A program made the position numbers and the translations under genes. Shown here in pieces: positions 25,049 through 37,680 of a DNA stretch of 64,000 bases. This stretch comes from Hydrolagus affinis (lineage: Eukaryota), in NCBI GenBank assembly GCA_012026655.1, contig JAAILG010001506.1:1-64000 (forward strand), given 5' to 3'. How positions within the stretch are numbered: the first letter of the stretch is position 1; each line of letters starts with the position of its first letter. A model generated the notes under the pieces. It saw nothing but the letters and a program-made list of their open reading frames with translations, made no database searches and was not told the DNA's origin.

Positions 25049-25239
25049 AGGACTGTTTCTGCTCATTTTAAACGTTTGTTGGGAAGAAATCTTTGCCATG
25101 ATTACTGATCTTTTTTTTCAATGAATGTTTCAGCAAGTTCCATTGTTTACTTTAAATGGACACACAGTTTGCTGAGGTGATTTTGTAAATTGAGAATAAC
25201 CTTTTATATGGACTACAGTATTTCAGCAGCAAGTCTGCT

Positions 25240-25455
25240 TGTATGGAATTCACCACCTCCCATTTCCTCCTTCAAGGCCGGTCTCAAGACTTTCCTCTTC
25301 AACCGTGCCTTCTGCTCCCCTCCTAACTCTTCCCCCATCTCCTACCCCTTCCCCCTACCCCGACCCTTCCCCCCACCGCTCAGGTCCCGACCTGATTGTT
25401 CAGTGCCTTGGGACGTCCTCCCGACGTGAAAGGCGCTCTATAAATGTAATATGTC
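25240..25455 (+). mobile_element. L2 3' end
   Basis: SSFKAGLKTFLFNRAF; tail cagtgccttgggacgtcctcccgacgtgaaaggcgctctataaatgtaat. Confidence 0.9.
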
Positions 25456-25793
25456 TATGTCTTTCTCAGATGATGGCTGGAATCCCCTATTTTGGTAATT
25501 GGTGAGAAACAAGATTGAGGAATACTGAGGCAGCCAATTATGAACATGGGAAACAATATGCTAGGCTCCAGGTGGTGCAGTAGTAGAAAAATAAAGCATA
25601 AATCAAACTGAACTACTATAAACCAGTATATAAACACTTTCAGCTGCTGCTATTTCTAACAAGCTCTGTGTTTCTTGTTTATCAATCTTTCTAAGATTTG
25701 CCCTTTGTAAACTACCACATCTTTTTGCAAAGAAATACATAGAATAATATGGCTTGGAAACAGTCATTTGACTTCACTTTTTAATTTTTATTT

Positions 25794-26130
25794 GGAGCTC
25801 CTGTAGATCAGTGGTTAGAGCACGCGCCTTACAAGCGTGAGACCTGTGTTCGAATCCAGGCAGGTCAGGGAGAAACCTTGGGCAAGTTTCCTTATTCCAC
25901 ATGCTTAATAGTAATCTGTCCAAAAAAAACACAATAATCAAATTGGTCATTTTCAATCCACGACTGTTTGTGGGGACACTGCTGTGTGCAATTGGCTGCC
26001 GCATTTCGCTCACAAATATACAGTCAATTCACTTCACGGTATATTCTGTGAAGCGCTTTGGGACGTTGATAAGATGTGAAAAGCACTATATCAAATGCAG
26101 GGATTATTATATTTATTATATATTATTATT
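25794..26130 (+). mobile_element. Full-length tRNA-Val-derived SINE
   Basis: Head ggagctcctgtagatcagtggttagagc through to the (tta)n tail. Confidence 0.95.
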
Positions 26131-26326
26131 AACTAGTCCGTGCCTATGTTTACACCCTATGTGATCATCAACCTTCTTATTCTCTTTTCCTCTGTTTCCT
26201 TACCCCTCTCTGATTGCAAGCCACAACTCTTGAGCAATCCCTTCATTGTCCAGTGCCTTGGGACATTCTTTTCGAAAAGCGCAATATGAATACAATTTGT
26301 TGGTATTATTTCCTTCTCTCTCTTAG

Positions 26327-26360
26327 ATGCATGCATCTGATTTCCTCTTAAATATGAGAG
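26327..26360 (+). other. Candidate 34-nt micro-exon
   Basis: tttccttctctctcttag acceptor and GAG|gtaagt consensus donor. Confidence 0.3.
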
Positions 26361-27298
26361 GTAAGTTTTAGATAATGGTAAGAGTAGGGAAAATTGCTTA
26401 ACTTGTTTAAGCCCCTAAAGTTTATAATGCATGCAAAATCTTGCTGCCAATTATCTTTTGTGAACCAGAGAAGAAGGTTCGCATGTAAACTCCACTCTTG
26501 TTATTTCACATGAATGCAGTACAAAGGAAAAGAACAACAAATAACATATCCATCACGCGGTGAATTTTTAAATGTAATCAGAATATTTTTTGGGGTACTG
26601 TTACTGTTTTTTCAAAGCTCATACAGAAATGTCATTTTTATCAAAAAATAAAACACCGTTGTTTGTATTATCATAGGTTTGATCCACTGTGTCGGAGATA
26701 CTTTGGTATCTGACTGAGAACTTGACTCTTGTTTGCTTTACCCTCCTTGGCATTTCGTTGGATGTGAGACGTATTGTAACAAGGCAATCTCACCTTTTTG
26801 AAGATATAAATGTTGGAACAGTTTCTGGTCTTTGATCAAGGGAGAAAATCTAACGTGAAATGACAGTACTCCCAAGAATCACACAGTTCTTGTGGGAACA
26901 TGAAAGGCTGCCATTGTAGACAATGACACACACATGCTCGTATTGATCTGGTTGGAACTGATCCTGATGGTTTGATCTTTCAGTCGGAGTTGAATGCATT
27001 TCAAACTTTTTTTTTAATTTGAGTCTGTGATGAATATAGCCCTACATTGTCAATGGGTCACAGTTAGATCCCGAGACTAGAAATAGTACTGTCAATGTAC
27101 GAAAAGGATACAATCTTTTAGGTGTCAACCCTGAAAAGTACTCATTGGCTTCAGACCTCAGGTCCAATAAAAATTGTACTTTGAAACTTTGCTGTTGTTC
27201 AACGCAAGTGGTTTATAATGTTGTGTGATGGTAACTTAGGACATTTTTACATCATTGTGTGTTTTTTTATCAAGTGTCAGAATAACTGTTACTAAATT

Positions 27299-27314
27299 AG
27301 TGCCACCTGCTGGA
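27299..27314 (-). promoter_or_regulatory. CTCF-binding motif
   Basis: Minus strand ccagcaggtggcact matches CCASYAGRKGGCRS; tgcag motifs upstream. Confidence 0.6.
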
Positions 27315-27869
27315 ATTCCTGCAGTTACTGCATCGCACTTGTGTTTTTTGCATGTGGTTTTGGTACATATTCAGCAGTCTCCTGCAGCACTGTGCACAAG
27401 CAGAGAACCACTTTGATTATTTGGTAAGCAATAATTGTGGCAAGTGTATGTTTAAGACAATCAGTGAAAAGGTAATTTTTTTTTAATAATGCACGAATCA
27501 GTTGGACAATGTTACCAGGACAAAATGATTGTACTGTTTTGTGTTTTAAAAATCCAATAATACTGATTATACACTAATTAAAATCAATGGAGCTGCAGAT
27601 ATGTTTGAATGGGTAGGAATTTGCACAAAAAAACTGTTTACATTTGCAAATGTATTTCTTGGGAAGTACCAATAACTATTTGTTGCAGTGAATAATTGAA
27701 TTTCTGATTATACAGCACACTCGATATTTAATATGCTTTCTCTATGTCAATGTCGTGCATTTGGCTTGGGATTATAAAAACAATTCATGTCTTGCATACT
27801 CCCAGCATCACCCCCACAAAAACACTGAAACGGTTCTTATTTCTCAATATCACAAGGCGTTTATAAATT

Positions 27870-28033
27870 ACTCATTTCAACCCATGGCTGTTTACGCGAC
27901 ACTGCCGTGCGCAATTGGCTGCTGTGTTTCATCCACAAAATATACAGTCGATTCACTTTGCAGAATATTCTGGCGAGAGCTTTGAAACATCTTGAAGACA
28001 TGGAAAGCACCATACCGAATGCAAGGATTATTC
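27870..28033 (+). mobile_element. SINE 3' fragment
   Basis: Deu segment and tail. Confidence 0.85.
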
Positions 28034-28389
28034 TTATCAATACCAACTTCCATACAGAAATATCTTAATTGTAAGTGACTTGAATCGCTACTTGATGTCA
28101 TCGTTCTTACTGCTGATTTCCAACTTTGTCTTTTGACCAAAGTCTAGTTTTTTGTAAAAAAAATTGTTATCACTTGTTAGCTTCAGTTTCCATTCATCAC
28201 ATATTTACATAAGTGGCTGTGCTTAACTAGACCTTTGTATAATTTCCCTGTCAAATTCATCAGATGCGCAAGTGTTTCCACCATCCTGGAGATGAGAAGT
28301 GTAATCAAAACTCTCACAAAATTGCAGTATCTGTCAGCTACAGAAAGTGACTGATGTGTGCGTAGTGTAATTATTATGAAAAGGTTTAT

Positions 28390-31072
28390 CTGCAGTGTGC
28401 ACTACAGACCATCAAATAGTGGGAAGGAGATAGACAGGCAAATCAGCAAGTAGGTTTCAGAAAGATGCAAAACCAATAGAGTAGTGATAATGGGAGACTT
28501 CAATTATCCGAACACAGACTGGCCAAATAACAGGATACAAGTCAAAGAGGGGGAAGGATTCCTGAAACGCATGCAGGATAATTTTCTGGATCAGTATGTT
28601 TCTAGCCCAACAAGGAAGGAAGCAGTGCTGGATCTAGTTCTGGGGAATGAAGTGAGGCAAGTGAAGCAGGTTTCAGTTTGGAGAGCATCTAGACAACAAC
28701 ACCAACAAAAATTACATTTGTATAGCGCCTGTCACATCGGGCGGACGTCTCAAGGTGCTGGACAGTCAATGTTTTGGGGAGGGTGGAGGGAAAGGAGGGA
28801 ATCTGGGGTGACCGATGGGACTGTAGAAGAGGAGGGTCTTGAGGCAAGACATGAAGGAGACTAGCAAGAGGGCGAGGCAGAGGGACTGCGAGATGGAATT
28901 CCAGAGGTTAGGGGCAAAGTGGCTGAAGGCTCGCCCACCAATGGTGGGGTGGGTGGATTGGGGTACATGGAGCAGGCCGGAACCAGCTGAGCGGAGGGAG
29001 CGCATGGGTTGGTAGGGGGTTAGGAGATCGCAAAGGTAGGGTGGGCCAAGGCCATGGAGGGTTTTGAAGGCGAGGACCAGGATCTTGAATTGAATCCTCT
29101 AGGTGATGGGCAGCCAGTGGAGTTGGGTGAGAATTGAGGAGATGAGGTCACAGAGCTCGGAGCGATAGAGGACACGGGTCACAGAGTTCTGGAAGGGCGA
29201 CGAACAGGGCATTGGCGAGGTCGAACCTGGATGAAATGAAGGCATGAATGAGAGTTTCAGCAGCCTGAGGAGTGAGGTAATGGTGGATTCAGTCAATGTT
29301 GTGGCGATGGGGGAAGGCAGAGTGGGCCATGACTTGAATGTGGGGGAGGAAAGACAATTGAGGAACGAACAAGACACCTAGGTTCCTAACTGGCTTGGTG
29401 AGGTGGAGTGTGCAACCATGGAGTTTGATGCTGTCAGTGCCTGATATCTGAAGGCTTTGGCATGAACCAATCAGGAGCGCCCCGGTCTTGGTGACATTCA
29501 ACTGTAGAACAGTGGTCACAACATCATTAGGTTTAGAGAACTTATGGAAAGGGATAAGGAATAACCAGAGGTGAAGGTACTCAACTGGAAGAAGCCTAAT
29601 TTCCGTGAGTTGAAATGGGACTTAGCCAAAGTGGACAGGAAAGCAAAATTGGCAGGCAAAATGGCTAATGAGCAATGAGAAGCCTTCAAGGAGGAGATGG
29701 TTCAGGAACAGATCAAATACATTCCCACAAAATATCCCTCAATGACTGATGAAATTGGGATTAAAATAAAACAGAAAAAGGAGGCTTATGATAAATGTCA
29801 GGTCCAAAGTACAGAAGGTAATCAAACAGAAGATAGACAGTACAAAGGACAAGTGATAAAGGAAATAAGAGGGGCAAAAAGATTGCACAAAAAACTTAAC
29901 TGGTCACATAATAGATAACATAATAGATAACATAAAAGATATTTTGTAAGCATATAATGAGTCCAATTAGGAACCAAAGAGGAAATCTTCTTGTGGAGTC
30001 AGAGGCCTTGGCTGATGTACTGAATGAGTACTTTGTAACTGTCTTCCCAAAAGAAGAGGATGCAGTCAATGCTACAGTATGTGAGGAGAGGGTAGAGAAA
30101 CTAGATAGTATAAGAATAAACCGAGAGGAGGTACTACAAAGGTTAGTCTGTGCTTAAGGTAGATAAGTCACTTGGTCCGGATGGGATGCATCTTAGGTTA
30201 CTAAGGGAAGTAAGAGTGGAAATGCCCTGGCCACAATCTTTCAATTCTCACAAAGCTGGGAAACAGTGAGGAGAATAATAGCAGACTGCAAGATAATATA
30301 GACAGACAGATAAAATGGGCAGACACGTGACAGATGAAGTTTAATGTGGATAAATGTAAAGTGATCCATTTTGTGAGAAAGAATGAGAGGCAGTGCAAGC
30401 TAAGATGGTAAGGAGTGAAGGACCAGAGAGACCTGGGAGTTCATATCAGTAAATCTTTGAAGGTGACAGGACAGGTAGATAAAGCTGTTAAAAAAAGAAT
30501 ACAGGATTCTAGGCTTTATAAATAGGGGCATAGAGTACAAAATTCAGGAAGTAATGATGAACCTTTATAAAACACTGGTTAGGCCTCAGCTGGAGTACTG
30601 TGTTCAGTTATGGGCACCAGACTTTCGGAAAGATGACAAAACATTGGAAAAGGTGCAAAGGAGATTTACCAGGATGGCACCAGGAATGAGGGACTTCAGT
30701 TATCAGGAAAGGCTAGAGAAACTAGTAGTATTCTCCTTGGAGCAGAGAAGATCAAGAGGAGACTCAATAGAAGTTTTCAAAATTATCAGGGTATTCAATA
30801 GAGTGAACAAGGAGAAACTATTTACACGAGTGAGTGGGTTGGTAACTAATGGAAACAGCAAGTTGTTCGGATCTGGAATGCATTGCCTGAAAGTGTGGTT
30901 GAAGCTGATTCGATAACAACTTTTAAGAGGAGTAGGTAGTTATTTGGGGGAGGACAGCACAGTGGGAGACAGTGGGGTGGGAATGGAATTGATTTGGACA
31001 GATCTTTTCAAAGAACTGGCACAGACACGATGGGATGAATGGCCTCCTTCTTTGATGTATAATTCTATGATT
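28390..31072 (+). mobile_element. CR1 LINE ORF2 relic (APE endonuclease to 3' end) with internal deletions and an L2 insertion
   Basis: IMGDFNYPNTDW, DNFLDQYVSSPTRKEAVLDLVLGNE, LADVLNEYFVTVF, NLYKTLVRPQLEYCVQLWAP; tail aattctatga. Confidence 0.95.
28693..29507 (-). mobile_element. L2 3' fragment nested in CR1
   Basis: LQLNVTKTGALLIG, PVRNLGVLF, LTQLHWLPI, RSLRSAGSGLLHVP; (ttg)n tail at 28693. Confidence 0.95.
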
Positions 31073-31492
31073 CAGTCATGTTGATGTAAAACCCTATTAT
31101 TGCTGTTTGATATATACTGGGTACAGAACATCCTTTATAATTGATGTTACATATCCTCAAAGGCACGGACTACACTGAATGCTACAGGCTGCATTGACCC
31201 ACATCAGAATAAAGTTGAAACTATATACAGTATACCCAAAGCAATGGTGAATACATAGAGGACAAATAGTGCAGTATTGGTGATGCTATTGGAAACTTCC
31301 AACAAACTTAAAGTGTTCAGGTGACATAAACTTTGAAAGCAAAGTTAGATAGTTAAATTAGATACGCTCATCTTAATGAATAGGTGAAGTGTTATAATTG
31401 TCCTGCGTATGATCAGAGCTCCTGACTACCACTACAAGATGTGAATTGCTTGTCAGTAAAATACAAGGCTGTAGTTCAATTGAAGTAATCCC

Positions 31493-31515
31493 GTGTGTGT
31501 GTGTGTGTGTGTGTG
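31493..31515. repeat. (GT)n microsatellite
   Basis: Seen directly. Confidence 0.9.
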
Positions 31516-31889
31516 AGTCATGAAATCTGAGTTAATCTGAGTCATGAAATTGGATTACTGTCTTAAATCCATTCATAACCTTTGATAATATATAAAATAT
31601 GTAGCACATTGTGAATCTTTAATCTACAAAAGATTTCCTATTGCAATTTGATACATGCATCACTGTGTTGGCAGCGGACAATTCATTTGATTTTGTGTCC
31701 AAATAAATGTATTGCCTTGTGTAGCATGATATTTGAACGAGATTACTGGGTTATTTTAAACAGTAAGTTAAGAAAAAAGTTACCATCCATGAATATAATG
31801 TGCTGCCATCTGATCTTGGTTTTCAAGTGGTATCCGTCAGTCTCTCGCCCTTGCAGTTTAAGCATATCTTCCAGGCTAAAATTATAGTG

Positions 31890-32170
31890 ATTTACAGGGC
31901 AGGAGGCCATTCAGCCCATTTCATCCTCTCTGGCTCTCAGAGCAAGATATTAATACAATCCCACTACCCCCACTTTACCTTCAAGCCTTTTTCTCTTATG
32001 TGCCTGATTACATCTCTCTTGCAACTCATGTTCTTCTACCATCTTACTTGTCAGGGTATTCTACATACCAATGACTTGCTGTGTGACAATTCTTCTAAAC
32101 TCTCCCTTCACTCTTTGTGACTACCTTGAATGGATATCCTCTAGTCACCGACTCCCTTAACAGTGTAAAT
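31890..32170 (-). mobile_element. Old CR1 3' end
   Basis: aggaggccattcagccca...cctctagtcaccgactcc. Confidence 0.65.
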
Positions 32171-32659
32171 AGCTTTGGAACTTTTAAGATTACTCGTTCC
32201 TCACTGTCCGCAGTTCCCAGCTCTTGTACTGATGATTAAATACTTCCTGAGCTTTCTCCAGAGATTTTTGAGACACGTCTAGTTTGATAATTGTACAACT
32301 TACGAATGAATTCAACCATTCCATAATGGGTATCAAAACATACAGTATTAGAATTTCTTCTTGGCATTAAATTCATATCAAATGTTCACACTAGCTTCAG
32401 TTTGATTGATAAATAAGTGTTCATCGGTTCATTAGTTTAGGAATAAACTCCCCCTAATTATCACGTTGAGTCAATTACGTTTCTCCCCCTCCCAATTTCT
32501 ATGTATTATCATTAGTGTCTTTTTTCTCAACTAAATTTTCCCCTCTTTCCCTAATAATGTTACCACTGACCACAACCCATATTGGTGGCTGCTGTAGATG
32601 TGACAGGCTGTCAGTGGCTACAAGCCAGCCCTTATTTTGCTGGAGTTTGTCCAAATTCA

Positions 32660-32900
32660 TGCAAAATTGGAGGTCACATTTTCAACCACTATGCCCCCAA
32701 AACTCTGGAACACTCTCCCTCAGTCCCTCTGCCTCGCGCCCTTTCTTTCTCCCCTGTTCAAAATACTGCCTGAAAACCCCTCTCTTTGACTGTGTTTACA
32801 ACACCCCAACAATTCCCTCCCTCCCCCAGCTCAGACTCCCCCACTGTTAAGCGTTCTGTGACGCTAGCCTGGGTATAGTGCAAGTTGTCATTGTTGTAGA
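32660..32900 (+). mobile_element. L2 3' end
   Basis: ctctggaacactctccctc...ctgaaaacccctctctttgac...gcaagttgtcattgttg. Confidence 0.75.
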
Positions 32901-33239
32901 ATCTGAAATGGCTCGATGCTATGATGAAAAGATAGGAGGCATTCTGGAAAGATGAGAATCAAATGGGCCAAAGGGCCTTTGCCAAATTAAAATTCTCTTC
33001 TGATAATCAATAACATTTTGTTAATAGTAACAGTCCTGTATCTGGTATCCCTTATCACAGTCAAATACAGTATTAACAATTCACTTCACAGTTTTCTGTA
33101 TAGGAGCTTTATTTGAACCAAATTTGCGCACGAAAAAACACAAAACTCCTACGAAGGAGTTATCAACATCCTGCGAAGTAAAACCTCCTGACACGAAAGA
33201 GGCTCCAACAAACGCAACAATGCTTGTGATCGTTGTTTA

Positions 33240-33515
33240 TTTGAATCACTGTGGGAGAATGCAGAGGCCAATTTGCAAACAGCAATATCCCACACGCAGA
33301 ACAATCAGGAGGTGATTGGACAAATTCGACTGCAGATTTTTTGGGGGGCAGAGAGAGGGAAAAAAAAACTCTCTTCACTTTTTGAATCGTGTCAAAATGC
33401 GTTGGTGGGTTTATACCATCGGCCTGAAAAGAGAGATGGCATCTCAGTTTGCCTGGTGGATAATATCTCCGACAATGCAACTTTTCCACTCCAGTACTGC
33501 GTTATCAGCCCAAAA
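33240..33515 (-). mobile_element. Old SacSINE1-like DeuSINE fragment
   Basis: gccaatttgcaaacagcaatatcccac...ctccgacaatgca...cagtactg...tcagcc. Confidence 0.6.
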
Positions 33516-34149
33516 CCGCGCGACAATTCTTCTCCTGCATTTCCCCCCTCCGACTGCTTCTTACTTGACGCCGTGATAGTCGAAGTGTTCTAATTCTTGC
33601 CGCAGTCACGTGTACGACTCTTAAATTGGCCCCCGCCTCTGCTCCCAGGCGATCTGTGTTTGTCTTACGGGGAAAAGAAAATTCAAAGCAAACTACGGTA
33701 TACACATGTTGGCAGGAAGTCCTTCACTGCAGACCATCAATGATGGTGGTGGTGCTGCATACAGTTTAAAATAAACATGAGCTTGAGAGAGTCCCCCCCA
33801 AAAAGAGCCAATCTGATCACCCAGCTCACTTAATAGCTGAAGCTTTTCGTAATCTATTTCTCAAACTGGTTCACACTATCACCCGCGTGGCTTTATTTCC
33901 CTCTCCGTTTGGATTTGCTTCTGTTTTGCATAGCTTACTTTCATTGCTGCTCCGAAAGAATAATATATCTGAGTTGACCGAACGACTGGAAGGCTCTTGG
34001 ATTTCAGACAAGAAGAACGAGAGGATTGTGTCTGGACAGTTAGCGGATGAATTTAAAAGTAATTGATGGGTGTCTTAAAACACGATAAATTTGAAACTGG
34101 CTTTCTTAACTCTCAGTTACGAATGGGGATTGGGATTTGTCAAATTGGG

Positions 34150-34680
34150 CATATATCTTGCAACAGTAACTTGCATGTATATAGCATCCCTCACACTGGG
34201 TAGTGTCCAAGGATGCTTGACAGTGGTAGTACATAAGACTCCGAGCCGGGGTAAGGGAGAGGTGACCGTAAGCAGAGTCAAACCGGAAGGTCTTTGGGCT
34301 CAACATGCAAATGTCTGGAAGGAAGAGAAAGGCAAAAGGATTGAGGGAGAGTTGTTCCAGAGTTTGGAGGGGGGGAGGGGTGGGGGGTGCTGGGCGTAGT
34401 GGCTGAAACCGCAGCCACCGATAGACAACAAAAAGCGGGTTGGGGAGGAACCAGGCTGGAGAGGAGGTGGGAGGGCGTATATATGGATTTGAAGACGAGT
34501 GTGAGGATCTTGAAGTCGATCTGCTCAGTAATCGAAGGTTAGTGGAGTCTGCTAGAACTGATGTAATGGGGGGTGCTGAGTTAAAGTATGTGTCTAAACG
34601 GATGTGCATAGGGGCGACAGAGTTTTGGATTAACTGGATTTTGTGGATACTGAACCTGGGGAGACCGATAATGATATAAT
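34150..34680 (-). mobile_element. Old L2 fragment
   Basis: SAPPITSVLADSTNL; ttccagagtttgg; gaggatcttgaagtcgat. Confidence 0.75.
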
Positions 34681-35114
34681 CTGAGTAAATCTATGAGAAC
34701 ACTGCTCTGGCATTGGAGTGATTCCACAATAATGTACTTCCAGTCGAAATCGTGTTTCAGATACTGCTGACTAGATCATTATTTTCAAGGCGAGTCTAGT
34801 GATACAGCTGAGTGTGTATTTTCATTCATCAAAGTAGATCATTTGAAAAGAACTCAATACTTGCGATATTTAATAAAAGATTCCATGGCACTATTTGGAA
34901 AGGGAAAGGGAATTTCTCCTATTGTCCTGGACAAGAATTCCCCCCCAAATAAAATTGCTCATTCATTTTATTGCATTTTTTGGATTTTGGTATAATGCCT
35001 TCTCGTTAAAATGTCTCAAAGCATTTTAATAAAATGGGTTGCTGGAGTTTAATAGCTGTGTAAGCACCACAGCTAATGTGCAACAACAACATCCCAGAAA
35101 TAGGATTGATATCA

Positions 35115-35532
35115 ATAATAAATAATCCTTGCATTTGATGTAGTGACAAGTCAAGTTGTTGCGATATCGTGGTTCACAGGATTTTACTATAAAGTCCCTA
35201 TACTATACAGTGGAGGGACTGTTCCTTTGTCACAAATACAGCAGCCACTTTTTAGAAACGACAATGTCCCCACAAACAGCCACGAAGTAAGTGAACAATT
35301 TTATTTTGCGGGTATTATTGGCGAGGGTATTCGGAGAAGCTCCCTTCTCGTTTCAAATCTACACTTGAACAAGCAGATGGTATATCTCTGAGGACAACAT
35401 CTCCAACAATGCAGCACTCTCCCCCTATCACTGCGTGTCAGTTTAGACTGCGAGTTCAAGTCCCTATGTGGAGCTTTGGCCCAGAACCTTCTTGCCTCGA
35501 TTGAGAGTGATGCCAACAGAGCCAGGCTGACA
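35115..35532 (-). mobile_element. SacSINE1-like DeuSINE
   Basis: aatgtccccacaaacagc...ctccaacaatgcagcactc...aaccttcttgcctc...gagccaggctgaca. Confidence 0.75.
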
Positions 35533-35980
35533 CCTAATTATTCATAACTAAATATAATCTGTGTGTTTTTTTTGTTGGGCAAATTTGCATGGTGAACAGC
35601 CTTTGAATGCTGAGGAGTTGAAGACCAAGCTGTCAGAACAATATTCCCAAGTATACAAAACCTGTCCTGTAAACAGATTCATCTGGGACGGTTGAACTCA
35701 AACCGTGTAATGTTTTCATGGAAACGTTTCTCTTGGGACAAGCAGGTGTTGTGCTAAATACTCTTATACAGCCTGTGAAGGAAAGATTTGCCCGCATGTG
35801 CATCTCGACACTGCTTTCGACGCAACCAGCTACATGAGATTGGGTTCGGTTAGAGTGAGCCAGATCAATTTATACCTTTTGTGTTATTAACTCATTGGCA
35901 CCTGAAACAGCCAGCAGAGCACAGTGCGAAGAGTGCACTGTTTCTTACTCGATGGCAAAAAGAAAGTATGAAGCAACTAA

Positions 35981-36316
35981 CAATAATAATCATCCTTGCA
36001 TTTGGGATAGCGCTTTTCACATCTTATCGACGTCTCAAAGCGCTTCACAGAATATACTGTAAAGTGAATTGACTGTATGTTTGTGGGCAAAACGCGGCAG
36101 CCGATTGCACACAGCAGCGTCCCCCACACAACAGTCGTGGATTGGAAACGACCAATCTTTGTTGTTGTGTTTCGTTTTGACGGATTATTATTAGGCGCGC
36201 GTGTGTGTGGAGTAAGGAAACCTTGTGCCCAAGGTTTCGCCCTGACCTGGCTGGATTCGAACACAAGTCTCACCCTTGTAAGGCGAGTGCTCTAACCACT
36301 ATGTCACAGGAGCTCC
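35981..36316 (-). mobile_element. Full-length tRNA-Val-derived SINE
   Basis: Near-consensus copy. Confidence 0.95.
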
Positions 36317-36449
36317 AATGTTATTAATAGCGAAAACTAAACACCACTAAACCCCGCTTGTCTACAAAAGAGCCAATGAGCCTTTTCAATATTGTTTTCC
36401 AATGAAATGAATAGTTTCTTGTGAAAAGAAATTTCTCAGGTCCAGTAAG

Positions 36450-36488
<39 letters not shown>

Positions 36489-36769
36489 TGCATCAGGTGT
36501 AAACCTTTTTAGTGGGTGGCTTTCTACCTGCAGCGATCCTGAAGCAGCTCTCAAGCTGTTAAAAATTCACTTTTCCTCCACCTTTAATTCCCTGGTCCCC
36601 CCTGAAATCCAAGACCATCTGCAAACCTATCTGCTCCACCTGGGCCATCTCCGAACCTATCTGCTCCTCTCCCACCTCCTCCACATTACGCACGTACAAC
36701 CGTACCTCACCCCAAATTCAGCCAGAAAGCTTGAAAGCTTGTATGTGAATTGTTCGCTCGCTCACTCGC

Positions 36770-37680
36770 TCGCTCGCTGGACTTCACTGGCTCCCTGTCT
36801 CGAAGCGGATCGATTTCAAGATCCTCACTCTTGTTTTCAAATCCCTCCACTCCTCCGCTCCCACCTCCCTCTCTGACCTTCCCTCTCTCCTCACAACAGC
36901 AGCCGCTGCCTTCGCTCCACCGGGTCTGGCCTCCTCCATGTTCCCCCCGAATCCTCCGCTCCACCCTCGGCAGCCGTGCCTTCAGCCACTATTCCCCGAG
37001 GCTCTGGAACTCCTTTCCTCACTCCCTTCGCCTTGCCCCCCACCCCCCACCCCTCTTTTCTGCCTTTTCTGGCCGCCGCATTTCACCCCCAGAATACACA
37101 GTCAATCCACTTTCCATGCCCATCGCGTTGCCTGCCTCCGTGTGTACCTCACAATCAACGGAGGAGAAACCCTCGTCCACGTCTTCATCATTTCCCAACG
37201 CTCTCAAACCCTTCTTTTTGACGGTCCCATCAGTCACCTCAAATCCCCTCCTTCCTCCGTGATCCCGTCCCCAGCTCGGGGATGAAACATTGACTGTCCA
37301 GCCCCTTGTGACGTCGTCCCGACATGAAAGGCGCGATTCACATGTCATGTTGTTGTTGTTGGACTATTCCTTGCTGTTCTCCCCAGCTTCACCATACACA
37401 ACATCCAAATAAATCAAAACTCTACTGCCTGGATACTCACCCACGTGGAACGCCATACCCCAGAATCAAACCGGTCCACCGACTAAAAGGATCGATTTTA
37501 AAGATCCTCTCACTTGTTTTCAAATCCCTTGATTCCCTCTCACCTCCCTTCCTATCAAACTTGCTTACCTCAAACTGCATCACCTCTACTTGGCTGGCAC
37601 CAGTGTCTTGTTCGTCCCACGTCCCCTCCGTTCCATCATCGGCGGCTGTGCATTCCGGACACTGTGCCCCGATTACGCGC
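36770..37680 (+). mobile_element. L2 3' fragments (two), CpG-retaining
   Basis: STLGSRAFSHYSPRLWNSFPHSLRLA; tail gtgacgtcgtcccgacatgaaaggcgcg...(tgt)n; second piece LKILSLVFKSL. Confidence 0.85.

Noticed and set aside
35589-35714. Protein-like frame HGEQPLNAEELKTKLSEQYSQVYKTCPVNRFIWDG
   Set aside because: No convincing acceptor or donor, and no recognised homology
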